The notes: generated by a model not told the origin, from the letters alone. A stretch of DNA of 17,903 bases from Pseudomonadota bacterium (GCA_043804515.1 JAZDIZ010000106.1:1-17903), one strand, 5' to 3'; positions 1-8,896 are shown, counted from the first letter of the stretch. Numbers and translations are program-made.

Positions 1-2
1 TG

Positions 3-878
3 CTCGACCGGTTGTTTCAGAAGGCTTTTTCGGTCGCTAAGAAAGTCCGGTCGGAAACGGGAATCGCGCAGCAAGCGGTGTCGGTGAGCTTCGCGGCCGT
101 CGAGCTGGCCCGGAAAATCTTCGGGAGCCTTTCCGAGCGCACCGCCCTGGTCTTGGGAGCCGGGGAGATGGCGGAACTGGCCGCCAAGCATCTTCGTTCG
201 CAGAAGATCCGGGAGATGCTCTTCGCGAACCGCTCCTACGAAAACTCGGTGGAACTCGCGCAGGATTTCGGCGGTGTCCCGATCCCGTTCGAGAGGTTCC
301 TTAAGTATCTTCCGAAGGCCGACATCGTGCTCGTCTCGACCGCCGCTCCCCACTACTTGATCCGGAAAGCCGACATGGAAGCGGTTCTCACCGCCCGGAA
401 TCAGGAACCCATGTTTTTCATCGACATCTCCGTGCCGCGGAACGTGGACCCCGAACTCGACGGGCTGGAAAACGTCTACCTTTACAACATCGATGATCTC
501 AGAGGCATCGTGAAGGAGAACCTCAAGGCGCGGGAGCAGGAAGCGGCGAGAGCGGAGGCCATCGTGGCGACGGAGGTGGATCAGTTTTTCCGCAGCGTCG
601 AGAATCTCGAGCTGGCCCCCCTGATCGCCGATCTTCGGCGGAAGTACGAACAAGTGCTCGAGATTGAAATGGCCCGGCTCAAACGAAGGCTCGGCTCGGC
701 TTCGGAGGAGGAGCTTCGCCAGATCGAACGAAGCATGGACACGCTGGTCCAGAAGATCCTGAACGACCCGATCCTCTTCCTGAAAGAAGCGGACGCCTCC
801 CAACCTGCGGCGGAAAAGACGGAACTGGTACGGCAGGTGTTCGCCTTGGAAAAAGCCCGGGCCAAGAATCAGAGATGA
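3..878 (+). CDS. hemA: Glutamyl-tRNA reductase, C-terminal part (5' truncated by window edge)
   Basis: Frame is open from position 3 (LDRLFQKAFSVAKKVRSETGI). Motifs SVSFAAVELA, Rossmann GAGEMA, ANRS, DISVPRNVDP, LYNIDDL. ATGA overlap with hemC. Confidence 0.96.
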   Translation, partial: LDRLFQKAFSVAKKVRSETGIAQQAVSVSFAAVELARKIFGSLSERTALVLGAGEMAELAAKHLRSQKIREMLFANRSYENSVELAQDFGGVPIPFERFLKYLPKADIVLVSTAAPHYLIRKADMEAVLTARNQEPMFFIDISVPRNVDPELDGLENVYLYNIDDLRGIVKENLKAREQEAARAEAIVATEVDQFFRSVENLELAPLIADLRRKYEQVLEIEMARLKRRLGSASEEELRQIERSMDTLVQKILNDPILFLKEADASQPAAEKTELVRQVFALEKARAKNQR

Positions 879-1804
879 GAACGCAGTTCGCCATCGGGAC
901 CCGCGGAAGCCTTCTGGCGGTGGCCCAAGCGCAATCGGTTCAAGCCGAGCTGTCCCGCTTGTTTCCCCAGTATGCTTTTCCTCTTCGGAAGATCACGACC
1001 ACCGGTGATTTAGCTAAGAACGTTCCGCTCGGCTCGATCAACCTGAAGGGCGTTTTCACGAAGGAGTTGGACGAAGCGCTCCTGGCGGGGACAATCGACC
1101 TCGCGGTTCACAGCCTGAAAGACCTTCCGTCCGAGATTCCGCCGCAGCTGTCGCTCCAGGCGGTCACCCGGTGCCTCGATCCGAGGGACGCGGTGATCTC
1201 GAAAGACGGCCGCAAGCTTTCGGAACTTCCGGCCGGAGCCAAAATCGGAACCTCGAGCCTCCGGCGCGGCTCGTTAATCCGGGAAAAGCATCCTTCTCTC
1301 GCGGTCGCGCTCCTCCGGGGAAATGTGGACACCAGGATCCGGAAGCTGGATCGGGGGGAGTACGCCGCCATCCTGGTGGCGGCCGCCGGGCTCAAGCGCC
1401 TGGGACGGGAGGAGAGGATTACGGAGTATCTCGACCCGTTCGAATTCATTCCCGCGATCGGGCAGGGAATGCTGGCGGTTGTTGCGAGAAGAGGGGAAGA
1501 GGAGACCGCGAAGCTTCTGTTTCCGCTGGATGATGCCGCCGCTCACCGGATCGCCGATGGGGAACGGCGGTTCATGCGGAGGATGGAAGGCGGGTGCCAG
1601 GTTCCGATGGGATGTTACGGCGAGGCTTCGGGGGACGGGGTGCGCTTTGTTGCGTATCTGGCCACTCCCGACGCGAAGAAGGAAATCCGCGTCAGGCAAT
1701 CGGGCAAACTGAAGGATTCAATCGAAATTTGTGACGCGCTTGCCGACGAAATCCTGGCGGCGGGAGGCGGCGAAATTCTCAGAGAGATCGGAGTTAAGCT
1801 GTGA
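875..1804 (+). CDS. hemC: Hydroxymethylbilane synthase (porphobilinogen deaminase)
   Basis: GTRGSLLA, KGVFTKEL, VHSLKDLP, GTSSLRR, RGNVDTR and the cofactor-binding EGGCQVP motif; operon position. Confidence 0.97.
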   Translation: MRTQFAIGTRGSLLAVAQAQSVQAELSRLFPQYAFPLRKITTTGDLAKNVPLGSINLKGVFTKELDEALLAGTIDLAVHSLKDLPSEIPPQLSLQAVTRCLDPRDAVISKDGRKLSELPAGAKIGTSSLRRGSLIREKHPSLAVALLRGNVDTRIRKLDRGEYAAILVAAAGLKRLGREERITEYLDPFEFIPAIGQGMLAVVARRGEEETAKLLFPLDDAAAHRIADGERRFMRRMEGGCQVPMGCYGEASGDGVRFVAYLATPDAKKEIRVRQSGKLKDSIEICDALADEILAAGGGEILREIGVKL

Positions 1805-2595
1805 GTCTGGCGGGCAAGCGCGTGGTGGTTACCCGCGCCGCCGAACAAACGGAGGAGCTTTCGGAACTGCTGCGCAAAGAGGGAGCCGAGCCTTTGGCCG
1901 TTTCCACCATCGCGTTCGTGCCGCCCCGGAACGCCGGGCTTGCGGCCCGGGCCGTGCGTGATCTCCCCAAATACAGCCTCTTGGTCTTCACCAGCGCGAA
2001 CGCCGTCCGCTTTTTTCTGGAACGTGCCCGGTTCGCGCCGGAAGATTCCAGATTCATCGGCCTTAAAGTCGCCGCGATCGGTCCGAAAACGGCTTCGGCG
2101 CTCTCGGATGCCGGAATGAACGTGGACATTGTCCCCGCAGAGGCGAAGGCCTCCGAGGAATTGCTCGAAGCCATACTGGAGAAACTGAAGGTTCCGAATC
2201 TCAAAGTGCTGATTCCCAGGGCGGAGGAAGGGCGGGAGGTCCTGGCCGACTCGCTTCGGGCGGCCGGAGCCGACGTGGAAGTTGTTCCGTTCTATCGGAC
2301 CGTTCCGTGTGAGGAGGGGAGGGAAAAGGTTTCCCGCTTCCTCTCGGGGGAACACGTGGACTGGATCACATTCGCGTCCGGATCGGCCGTCCGGTCGTTT
2401 TTCGACCTCTGCGGTTCCGACCTGACGCGGGAGTGGATCGAGCGGGAGAGGGTTCTTCTGGCGTCGATCGGAAAAGTGACAGAAGGGGCTCTCTTGGAGT
2501 ATGGACTTTCCGCGGGCGTGATTGCCCCCGAACCTACGCTGGAAGCGATGGTAGCGGCGATGGCGCGTTTTGAAGAAAGGAAGAACCATGAGTGA
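1801..2595 (+). CDS. hemD: Uroporphyrinogen-III synthase (stand-alone)
   Basis: VVVTRA, FTSANAV, AIGPKTA, LIPRA, FYRTV, FASGSAV, SIGKVT motifs. GTGA overlap with hemC. Confidence 0.93.
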   Translation: MSLAGKRVVVTRAAEQTEELSELLRKEGAEPLAVSTIAFVPPRNAGLAARAVRDLPKYSLLVFTSANAVRFFLERARFAPEDSRFIGLKVAAIGPKTASALSDAGMNVDIVPAEAKASEELLEAILEKLKVPNLKVLIPRAEEGREVLADSLRAAGADVEVVPFYRTVPCEEGREKVSRFLSGEHVDWITFASGSAVRSFFDLCGSDLTREWIERERVLLASIGKVTEGALLEYGLSAGVIAPEPTLEAMVAAMARFEERKNHE

Positions 2596-3556
2596 TTCAT
2601 TTTTCAGGGGTCGAAGATCCCGTAGCAGCGAAAAGATCCGGGCTCTCGTCCGCGAGACCGTGGTGCATTCCTCGGACTTCATAAGCCCGATCTTCGTCCA
2701 GGACGGAACCCGCAAGAAGGATCCGGTGGATGCGATGCCCGGCGTGGACCGCCTGACGGTGGATCTGTTGGGGCCCGAGGTGGAGGCGATCCGGAAGGCG
2801 GGAGTCCCGGCCGTTCTGCTCTTCGGCATTCCCGATGAGAAGGACGCGAAAGGGACGTCGTCGTGGAAAGAAAACGGCGTGGTCCAAAGGGCGATTCGGG
2901 AGATCAAACGCCTCGATCCACAGCTCACGATCATCACGGACGTCTGCCTGTGCGAATACACGGATCACGGCCATTGCGGCCATTTGGGCGCGGACGGCGT
3001 GGACAACGACGTTTCGCTGGGCGCGCTCTCCAAAATGGCGCTCTCCCACGCTCAAGCGGGCGCGGACGTAGTGGCCCCGTCCGATATGATGGACGGTCGC
3101 GTGAAGGCGATCCGCTCTGCGCTGGACGAGAACGATTTTCTCTCGTTGCCGATTCTCTCCTACGCCGCGAAATACGCGTCGGGGTTCTACGGTCCGTTCA
3201 GGGAAGCCGCTCAGTCGGCCCCCAAGAGCGGTGATCGCAAGGCCTACCAAATGGATTTCCCGAACGTCCGCCAGGCGATGAGGGAGATCGAGGCCGACAT
3301 CGAGGAAGGAGCTGACCTTGTGATGGTGAAGCCGGCGTTAGCCTACCTGGACGTGATTCACGAAGCTCGTAGCCGGTATGACGTGCCGATCGTAGCGTAC
3401 AACGTGAGCGGCGAATACGCGATGGTGAAAGCGGCCGCGGCGAAAGGCTGGATCGACGAAAGGCGGATCGTGACCGAGATTCTGACCGGCATCAAACGGG
3501 CCGGCGCCGACAGGATCATCACGTATCACGCCAAAGATTTCGCGAAGTGGATGTAA
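2588..3556 (+). CDS. hemB: Porphobilinogen synthase (ALA dehydratase), Zn-binding type
   Basis: DVCLCEYTDHGHCG, APSDMMDGRV, FYGPFREAA, MVKPALAYLD, AYNVSGEY. ATG 2588 chosen because it overlaps the hemD stop and follows AAGGAAG. Confidence 0.97.
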   Translation: MSDSFFRGRRSRSSEKIRALVRETVVHSSDFISPIFVQDGTRKKDPVDAMPGVDRLTVDLLGPEVEAIRKAGVPAVLLFGIPDEKDAKGTSSWKENGVVQRAIREIKRLDPQLTIITDVCLCEYTDHGHCGHLGADGVDNDVSLGALSKMALSHAQAGADVVAPSDMMDGRVKAIRSALDENDFLSLPILSYAAKYASGFYGPFREAAQSAPKSGDRKAYQMDFPNVRQAMREIEADIEEGADLVMVKPALAYLDVIHEARSRYDVPIVAYNVSGEYAMVKAAAAKGWIDERRIVTEILTGIKRAGADRIITYHAKDFAKWM

Positions 3557-3558
3557 AC

Positions 3559-3727
3559 AAATCCGGTATCCGGATTCCGGAATCCGGTACCGGATCAGGA
3601 ATTCGAAAAATCTCAGGCAGCGGGCAGCGGTGATCCGTCTCTGTAACCGGCATCCGGTGACGGATTTTCTGATCCCAGTTCACCGGGACTGGGGCCGATT
3701 GCCGGCGTGCCCGATTGCCGGATTCTT
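3559..3727. repeat. Degenerate ~7-nt ATCCGG-type tandem/palindromic repeat region between convergent hemB and tsaC; may include a bidirectional terminator
   Basis: 3561-3595 ATCCGGTATCCGGATTCCGGAATCCGGTACCGGAT is a palindrome apart from one bulged T (perfect core 3570-3587). Further hairpins at 3634-3666 and 3674-3693. CCGATTGCCGG occurs twice near 3696-3721. Confidence 0.8.
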
Positions 3728-4342
3728 TTATTTCAGTACTGCTCGGATCTCATCGATTGCTATCGCCCCTTCTCGGACAACATGGAATTCTTTGGGGTCC
3801 GTCAAATCCAATACCGTGGACGGGGCGCCCCCGGGTGTATCACCCGCGTCGAGGGCCAGGATGTCCGTCTTCCCAAAATAAGCCCGAAGCTCCTCCATGG
3901 AAGAAGCGGGTTTCTCCCCAGTAAGATTCGCACTTGTGGCCGTCACGCACCGGCCGAATTCCGAAAGGAGCGCGTGCGCGACCGGGTGCGAAGACACGCG
4001 AAATCCGATCCCGCCCGAAGGCCCTTTCAAGAGATCGGGGAGGCCGTGTGATTTGAGGATCAGCGTGAGGGGGCCGGGCCAGAAATGTTCCGTGAGAGTC
4101 AGAACCGTGCTGGGTAAAGGCCCCGTGAACCGGGCCAGGTGTTCGGAATCGGGCAACAGAATCGGAAACGGATTTGCCACGTCCCTGCCTTTGAGTGATG
4201 CGAGGCGCTCCAGGGCTACGGGATTTTCGGCGTCCACGCCAAGGCCGTAGTAGGTCTCTGTGGGGTACGCCACGATCCCTCCACGGGCCAACTCGGTCAC
4301 GGCTTCCTTCACATCGATGGGGGCCAGGACGATTCTCATCAT
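3728..4342 (-). CDS. tsaC: L-threonylcarbamoyladenylate synthase (YrdC domain only, ~204 aa)
   Basis: YPTETYYGLG, KGR, PGPLTLIL, GFRVSSHP, ATSANLTG, STVLDL. Start at ATG 4342 (ATGA overlap with the purD-like stop). Confidence 0.92.
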   Translation of the reverse strand: MMRIVLAPIDVKEAVTELARGGIVAYPTETYYGLGVDAENPVALERLASLKGRDVANPFPILLPDSEHLARFTGPLPSTVLTLTEHFWPGPLTLILKSHGLPDLLKGPSGGIGFRVSSHPVAHALLSEFGRCVTATSANLTGEKPASSMEELRAYFGKTDILALDAGDTPGGAPSTVLDLTDPKEFHVVREGAIAIDEIRAVLK

Positions 4343-5622
4343 ACGGAAGGGTGAGGGTCCGGTGCGGCCAAACCGATGTCGGGGCGAAATACTTTCCCTT
4401 CGAACTCGATCCGTTCCGCCACGCGGTAGGCCCGATCCCGTGCTTCCTGAAGTGATTGCCCCAACGCGCTCACGGACAAAACGCGCCCGCCGCGCACGAT
4501 CAGGTGCTCCGCGTCGGTGTCGGTGCCCGCGTGGAACACAATGGCCTGATCCGAAGCCCGTTCGGTCCCGTAAATCCTTTGCCCCGATTTTACCTTCGCG
4601 GGATATCCTTCCGAGACCAGCACTACCGTGACCGCGGTTTCGGCCTTCCAGCGGATTTCCGCTCCGCGCAACCTGCCTCTCGAAGCGCGCGCCAGAAGTT
4701 CGGCGAGATCCGAATCCAAGCGGGGGAGGATCGCTTGCGTCTCGGGGTCTCCGAAGCTCACGTTGAACCCCAGGACCTTCGGGTCCTGGGCCGTGAGCAT
4801 CAGCTTGATGGAAAGGATTCCGGAGTAGAGAAGCTTCCTCTCGCGAAGAACCTGGACGACGGGGCGCACGATCTGTCTTTCGACTTCCGCCTGAATCTGG
4901 GGCGTGCACGAAGAAGATGGTGAGCAAGCGCCCATGCCGGGCGTGTCGGCGCCGCGATTGCCGTCCAGTAGGCGTCTGTAGTGGCGGGCGGTGGCCAGCG
5001 GAAGAACGTCGTTTCCGTCCGTGATGAGGAGGAACGAAACCTCCTCGCCCTTAAGGTATTCTTCAACCAGCAGCCGGGGGGTTTGTCCCCCCCACGTCGG
5101 TGTGGACATGATCGCGCGGGCGGTTTCGACCGCCTCGGAGATTAGGCGCGCGACGCATACTTTTTTCCCGATAGCCGGGGCGTCGGCCTTCAGAACGACG
5201 GGATATGGGCAACCCTGCAAGTAGCGTTCCGCGCGCTCCAGGTTGTCAAACACTCCGGAATCTGCGGTCGCCACGCGGGCGGCTTTCATGATCTCTTTGC
5301 CGAAGATTTTCGAGGATTCCAGGCGGGCCGCGCTTTGAGTGGGACCCAGGATCTTGAGCCCTCGTTCCTGGAAACGGTCCACAATTCCCAGGGTTAGGGG
5401 CCTTTCTGGGCCCACGATGGTGAGATCCACTCCCTCGGTCGAAGCGAATGCCACAAGCGCGTGAAGATCTTCGGGAGGAAGCAGGACGTTCTCGCTCTTC
5501 GGCATTTTGGCCGTTCCGGCATTTCCGGGGGCGTTGATGATCTTCCGGACGAGGGGACTTTGCGAGAGCTTCCAACAGAGGGCGTGTTCGCGGCCGCCAT
5601 TTCCGATTATTAGAACGCGCAT
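4339..5622 (-). CDS. purD: Phosphoribosylamine-glycine ligase (PurD)-family protein with degenerate active-site motifs
   Basis: Full-length PurD layout: GNGGREHAL, APGNAG, VGPERPL, AARLESSK, EEYLKGEEVS, FGDPETQ, VFHAGT, GGRVL. Several catalytic motifs are substituted (see findings). Confidence 0.85.
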   Translation of the reverse strand: MRVLIIGNGGREHALCWKLSQSPLVRKIINAPGNAGTAKMPKSENVLLPPEDLHALVAFASTEGVDLTIVGPERPLTLGIVDRFQERGLKILGPTQSAARLESSKIFGKEIMKAARVATADSGVFDNLERAERYLQGCPYPVVLKADAPAIGKKVCVARLISEAVETARAIMSTPTWGGQTPRLLVEEYLKGEEVSFLLITDGNDVLPLATARHYRRLLDGNRGADTPGMGACSPSSSCTPQIQAEVERQIVRPVVQVLRERKLLYSGILSIKLMLTAQDPKVLGFNVSFGDPETQAILPRLDSDLAELLARASRGRLRGAEIRWKAETAVTVVLVSEGYPAKVKSGQRIYGTERASDQAIVFHAGTDTDAEHLIVRGGRVLSVSALGQSLQEARDRAYRVAERIEFEGKVFRPDIGLAAPDPHPSV

Positions 5623-5632
5623 CGGACTCTTG

Positions 5633-5661
5633 AAGCTATGCGCCGCCCTGAATCAAGTCAA
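5633..5661 (-). promoter_or_regulatory. Putative sigma70 promoter of purD-like/tsaC
   Basis: Minus strand TTGACT (5661-5656), 17 bp, TAGCTT (5638-5633); ends 10 nt before the ATG. Confidence 0.55.
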
Positions 5662-5810
5662 TCACAGCCCAAGCTCAGGGAGGTTTCTTTTATGCAGCAA
5701 GCGACGGGCCGACCCGCGGCAATCGTTGTATTGCGCTCCTTCTTCAGGAGAATCGTGGAGGATTCGAAGAGTTGTTTAGGGACAGGATGGAGTCGGCTTG
5801 AATGCTGTAA

Positions 5811-5885
5811 TTTGGACGCCGGGGGCTCCGGCGGCGGAGCCTTAGATTGCCGGCGGAGCCGACGGAACACCGGCGGCCCTTCCAG
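5811..5885. repeat. GC-rich double hairpin (REP-doublet-like or terminator) in the TPR gene/purD spacer
   Basis: Perfect GGCTCCG/CGGAGCC stem 5824-5841; imperfect stem 5856-5879; direct repeat CGGCGGAGCC at 5832 and 5851. Confidence 0.5.
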
Positions 5886-5928
5886 CCATTTCCTCCAGGC
5901 TCATTCGAACGTATCAATAAGCGCGAGG

Positions 5929-8370
5929 TTAATTCTTCATCGCCAGAAGGGAGCGCCACGGCGGAATGAACGAAGGGTCGGCCTTGAGCGACGCCTTCCA
6001 GTGATCGCCCGCCTCCGCCGCGTGCTTTTGCGCCATCAAAACATTTCCCAGCGCATCCAGGGCTCGGCCGGCCCAATCGGGATCCGAGACAATGCGGCTC
6101 AACTCCGCCTGGGCATCGGCGTATTTCCGGCCCGCCGCCAAACTCTCTCCGAGACCGGCGCGCGCAGCCGGATTGAGGGGATTCGAATGCAGGGATTGCT
6201 CGAACTCCGCCCGGGCCTTCTTCGGGTTTTTAAGGATCAGGTACGCCCGGCCGAGATAGAGCGGCACGAATTCCTGGTTCTTGTTGAGCAGTTTGGCGTG
6301 CGCTAAGGAAGCAAGGCCCCGCACGATGGGGCCGTTTTCGTGAAGGTCGAGGCCCTCCTGTAGTTGGCAGAGACCCAGGAAGGCGTGCGCCGTGAATTGA
6401 TCCTTCTGTTCCTTTACCAGCCGCGCCAAGACGTCGGAAAGGCCTTTCCACGGTGGAATGGCCGCCGTCTCCTCCGGCGGAACATAGTGGTCATTAAGGT
6501 TCAGCATTTGGTTGCGGGATACGGCCGTGCCGGCGATTTCCAGGGCCTCCGAAACCCGTTTGGCCTTGACGAGGAACTGAACCGCCCGGACATACGGCCC
6601 GAGATCCTTCGGGTTCAATTGAATCGCCTGGCGCAATACGCGAATCGCCTCATCGGTCCGCTCCTTGTTTCCGAGCAGCACACCCCACTTGAGGTAAATC
6701 CGCGCATCGCCCGGGTGCGTAGCCGTGAAATCCTTGATTGTAACCAGGGCTTCTTCCGTGCGGCCCAAGGCAACCAGCGCATCCGCTCTCGCAATAATTG
6801 CGAGGGGCGAGCTTAGGAAATCAGGAGGGAGTTGTTGGAGGGCTTCCATGGCTTCGGGAGCGCGGTCCGAATCGAGGAGAATCCGGGCCAACTCCACTTG
6901 CGAGATGAAAATCTCGCGAGCCGCGGCGAAACGGCGGAATCGCCCCAGGATCTCCCGCAGATGGCGCTCGGCCGACGACGGATTTCCCTCGACGCGGTTA
7001 TAGATCAGCGCGAGCCGCAGGCGGGCCGGGGCGAGTTCCGGGCCCTGGCGCAGGGCGTGCTGGTACCACTCACGGGCGGTTCTGAAGTTTCCGGCGCGCT
7101 CCTCCAGCTCACCGAGGCGGAATAGCGCTTTGGAGTCGCCCGAAACGGCCTGAAGGCGCTTCTCGAATTCCCGGCGCGCCTCCACGGGCCGTCCTTCCGC
7201 TGCGTAGGCTTGGCCGCTGACGTCGTACGCTTCCACCAGCGTCGGGTCGATCGCAAGCGCCGTTCTCACGGATTGGATGAGTTCTTCCGCGGAGAGCGCG
7301 TTCAGCGGTGCCGCAAGCAAAGTCTGAGCCCGCGCCAAGAGCAGGCGGGGGCTTTGCGGATCGACGGTGAAGCCTGTTTGGACGTCGGCCCGGGCGCTGG
7401 CGATGTCGTGGGCGTTCAGCGCCGTCCGAATGCGCGCCACATACCCTTCCACGTGGTCGGGGGCCACCTGAACCGCAAGGGCGGCGAGCCCGCTGGCCGC
7501 CACGCGGTACATGGGATTGTCCGTCGCGCCCGAAGCGAGCGCGTACGCTTCCGCCAGCTTTCCGAGAAGGGCAGGGGATCGCCCCCCGTTCTCCACTACG
7601 GCTCGCTCTAGAAGTGAGACCGCCGTTTCATACGAATCCGGCCGGTCCTTGGCCATTTGCACGGCCGCCTGCTTAAGGAGATCTTCGACGGGCCCGGTCG
7701 CCGGCTCCACGCGGCTGCGGAGCCCGGAGAGGAACCTCTGGACGTCGGCGTAATAAGCCGGCTCGGTGGGCTTATATGTGATCACGCGGTATCCGACCCA
7801 GCCGAGGAGAAAAGCCGCGCCTCCGAGAAGCGCCCAGCGAAGGAGCCAACGGAACGCCGGAAGAGGGGAGCGCGAAGCGTGCGTGTCTCCTTTGGTGAAG
7901 CGGCGCGATTTCCGGAGCTGTTCCCGGAAATCCTGGGAGAATTGTTTGTACTGTTTGGCAGGGAACGTTCCTCCCGCAGGCGAAACCAATTCGTCATCCG
8001 GCAGGATCGCGCCTTGCTGGATCCATTCGCGGACCATCTCCTCGGATTCCAGGTCGAGAAGACGCCCGATCTTGCTGAGTTTCCATGGTCCCTTATGGAG
8101 CGGCGGCGCCGAAGTTTTCCTGTGTTTGCAGCGGGGGCAGATCGGAATGACCTCGCCTTCGTCCGCCTCGAATTCGCGCGAGCACTCGATGCAAACGCGC
8201 AGCTTTCGTTGAACGTGGGCTGCAAAACGCGCCGTCGGTTCCCCCTTTTCATTGGTGACGATCTGAAAGACGGCGTGGCAGAACGGGCAGGAGGAGCATT
8301 TGTCCGAGGGTTCGGCATCCATGGGGGCGAGGACGAAATCCGAATCGCAGCTCGGGCACGTGATCCGCAT
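5929..8370 (-). CDS. Membrane-anchored TPR protein with N-terminal Zn-ribbons and a GYF_2-like domain (813 aa)
   Basis: MRITCPSC...CPFCHAVF (MJ0042-type Zn finger), second CIEC...CPRC pair, GYF_2-like segment EEMVREWIQQGAILPDDELV, TM helix WLLRWALLGGAAFLLGWVGY, then many TPR-like repeats. Confidence 0.85.
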   Translation of the reverse strand: MRITCPSCDSDFVLAPMDAEPSDKCSSCPFCHAVFQIVTNEKGEPTARFAAHVQRKLRVCIECSREFEADEGEVIPICPRCKHRKTSAPPLHKGPWKLSKIGRLLDLESEEMVREWIQQGAILPDDELVSPAGGTFPAKQYKQFSQDFREQLRKSRRFTKGDTHASRSPLPAFRWLLRWALLGGAAFLLGWVGYRVITYKPTEPAYYADVQRFLSGLRSRVEPATGPVEDLLKQAAVQMAKDRPDSYETAVSLLERAVVENGGRSPALLGKLAEAYALASGATDNPMYRVAASGLAALAVQVAPDHVEGYVARIRTALNAHDIASARADVQTGFTVDPQSPRLLLARAQTLLAAPLNALSAEELIQSVRTALAIDPTLVEAYDVSGQAYAAEGRPVEARREFEKRLQAVSGDSKALFRLGELEERAGNFRTAREWYQHALRQGPELAPARLRLALIYNRVEGNPSSAERHLREILGRFRRFAAAREIFISQVELARILLDSDRAPEAMEALQQLPPDFLSSPLAIIARADALVALGRTEEALVTIKDFTATHPGDARIYLKWGVLLGNKERTDEAIRVLRQAIQLNPKDLGPYVRAVQFLVKAKRVSEALEIAGTAVSRNQMLNLNDHYVPPEETAAIPPWKGLSDVLARLVKEQKDQFTAHAFLGLCQLQEGLDLHENGPIVRGLASLAHAKLLNKNQEFVPLYLGRAYLILKNPKKARAEFEQSLHSNPLNPAARAGLGESLAAGRKYADAQAELSRIVSDPDWAGRALDALGNVLMAQKHAAEAGDHWKASLKADPSFIPPWRSLLAMKN

Positions 8371-8381
8371 CGGTTGGCGCT

Positions 8382-8390
8382 ATGATAACA
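8382..8390 (-). promoter_or_regulatory. Putative extended -10 promoter of the TPR gene
   Basis: Minus strand TGT-TATCAT ending 11 nt before ATG 8370; no Shine-Dalgarno visible. Confidence 0.4.
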
Positions 8391-8527
8391 CGAGCCGTGC
8401 TGAACCATGCTCAACCTTCGAGTCGCGGAAGCAAAGCATGGGTCGGAGCGGGTCGCAGGGGTGATCGATGAAAATCGAACAACCCGTCAGGGGACGGGAG
8501 GCCGGTATCCGGATTCGGGTTGCTGGA

Positions 8528-8830
8528 TCAGGCAACCGGACTTCTGGTGAGGCGATAAAGCCCCGCACCAATCCGATCCGCCAGCTCGAACTCCTCACGT
8601 CGCTTCAAAAGGTCCAGCAAGGCTTGGACCTCCCGTAGGGAAGCCAAGCTGATCGTATAGAACCTTCTTCTCTCCTTGGTCGTCGGCTTGGCCGATCCCT
8701 CTGCCAGGTTCAAAACCACACTCAGCGCCGCCCGTAGAAGTTGATCTCTTTCATAGAAGGCGGCAGGCACTTTCTTGCATCTCCCATACAATTCGACCGA
8801 CAACCCGTACGTCCGAAATCCTTCTAGCAT
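8528..8830 (-). CDS. Four helix bundle protein (23S rRNA IVP / bAvd-like family), 100 aa
   Basis: DQLLRAALSVVLNLAEG...KERRRFYTISLASLREVQALL family motif; GGAGGT four nt before ATG 8830. Confidence 0.88.
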   Translation of the reverse strand: MLEGFRTYGLSVELYGRCKKVPAAFYERDQLLRAALSVVLNLAEGSAKPTTKERRRFYTISLASLREVQALLDLLKRREEFELADRIGAGLYRLTRSPVA

Positions 8831-8835
8831 GATTA

Positions 8836-8891
8836 CCTCCCGAAAAATTTTGCATTTCCGCCCTTTTGAGAACGCAAAATTTTTCGGGAGG
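8836..8891. repeat. Perfect 18-bp inverted repeat between the divergent four-helix-bundle genes
   Basis: CCTCCCGAAAAATTTTGC (8836-8853), 20-nt spacer, GCAAAATTTTTCGGGAGG (8874-8891); each arm ends in the SD of one gene. Confidence 0.95.
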
Positions 8892-8896
8892 CACAT

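Noticed and set aside
1801..2595. Stand-alone hemD rather than a cobA-hemD fusion
   Set aside because: A common arrangement, not notable by itself.
3559..3727. CRISPR array
   Set aside because: Units are ~7 nt, degenerate and lack spacers; no cas genes.
4343..4927. 195-aa N-terminal extension of TsaC in the ORF track
   Set aside because: Lies inside the purD-like gene in another frame and is R/G/P-rich; ATG 4342 gives a normal YrdC length with ATGA coupling.
5658..5870. 70-aa minus-strand ORF upstream of purD-like
   Set aside because: No recognisable domain, overlaps hairpins and runs into the predicted -35.
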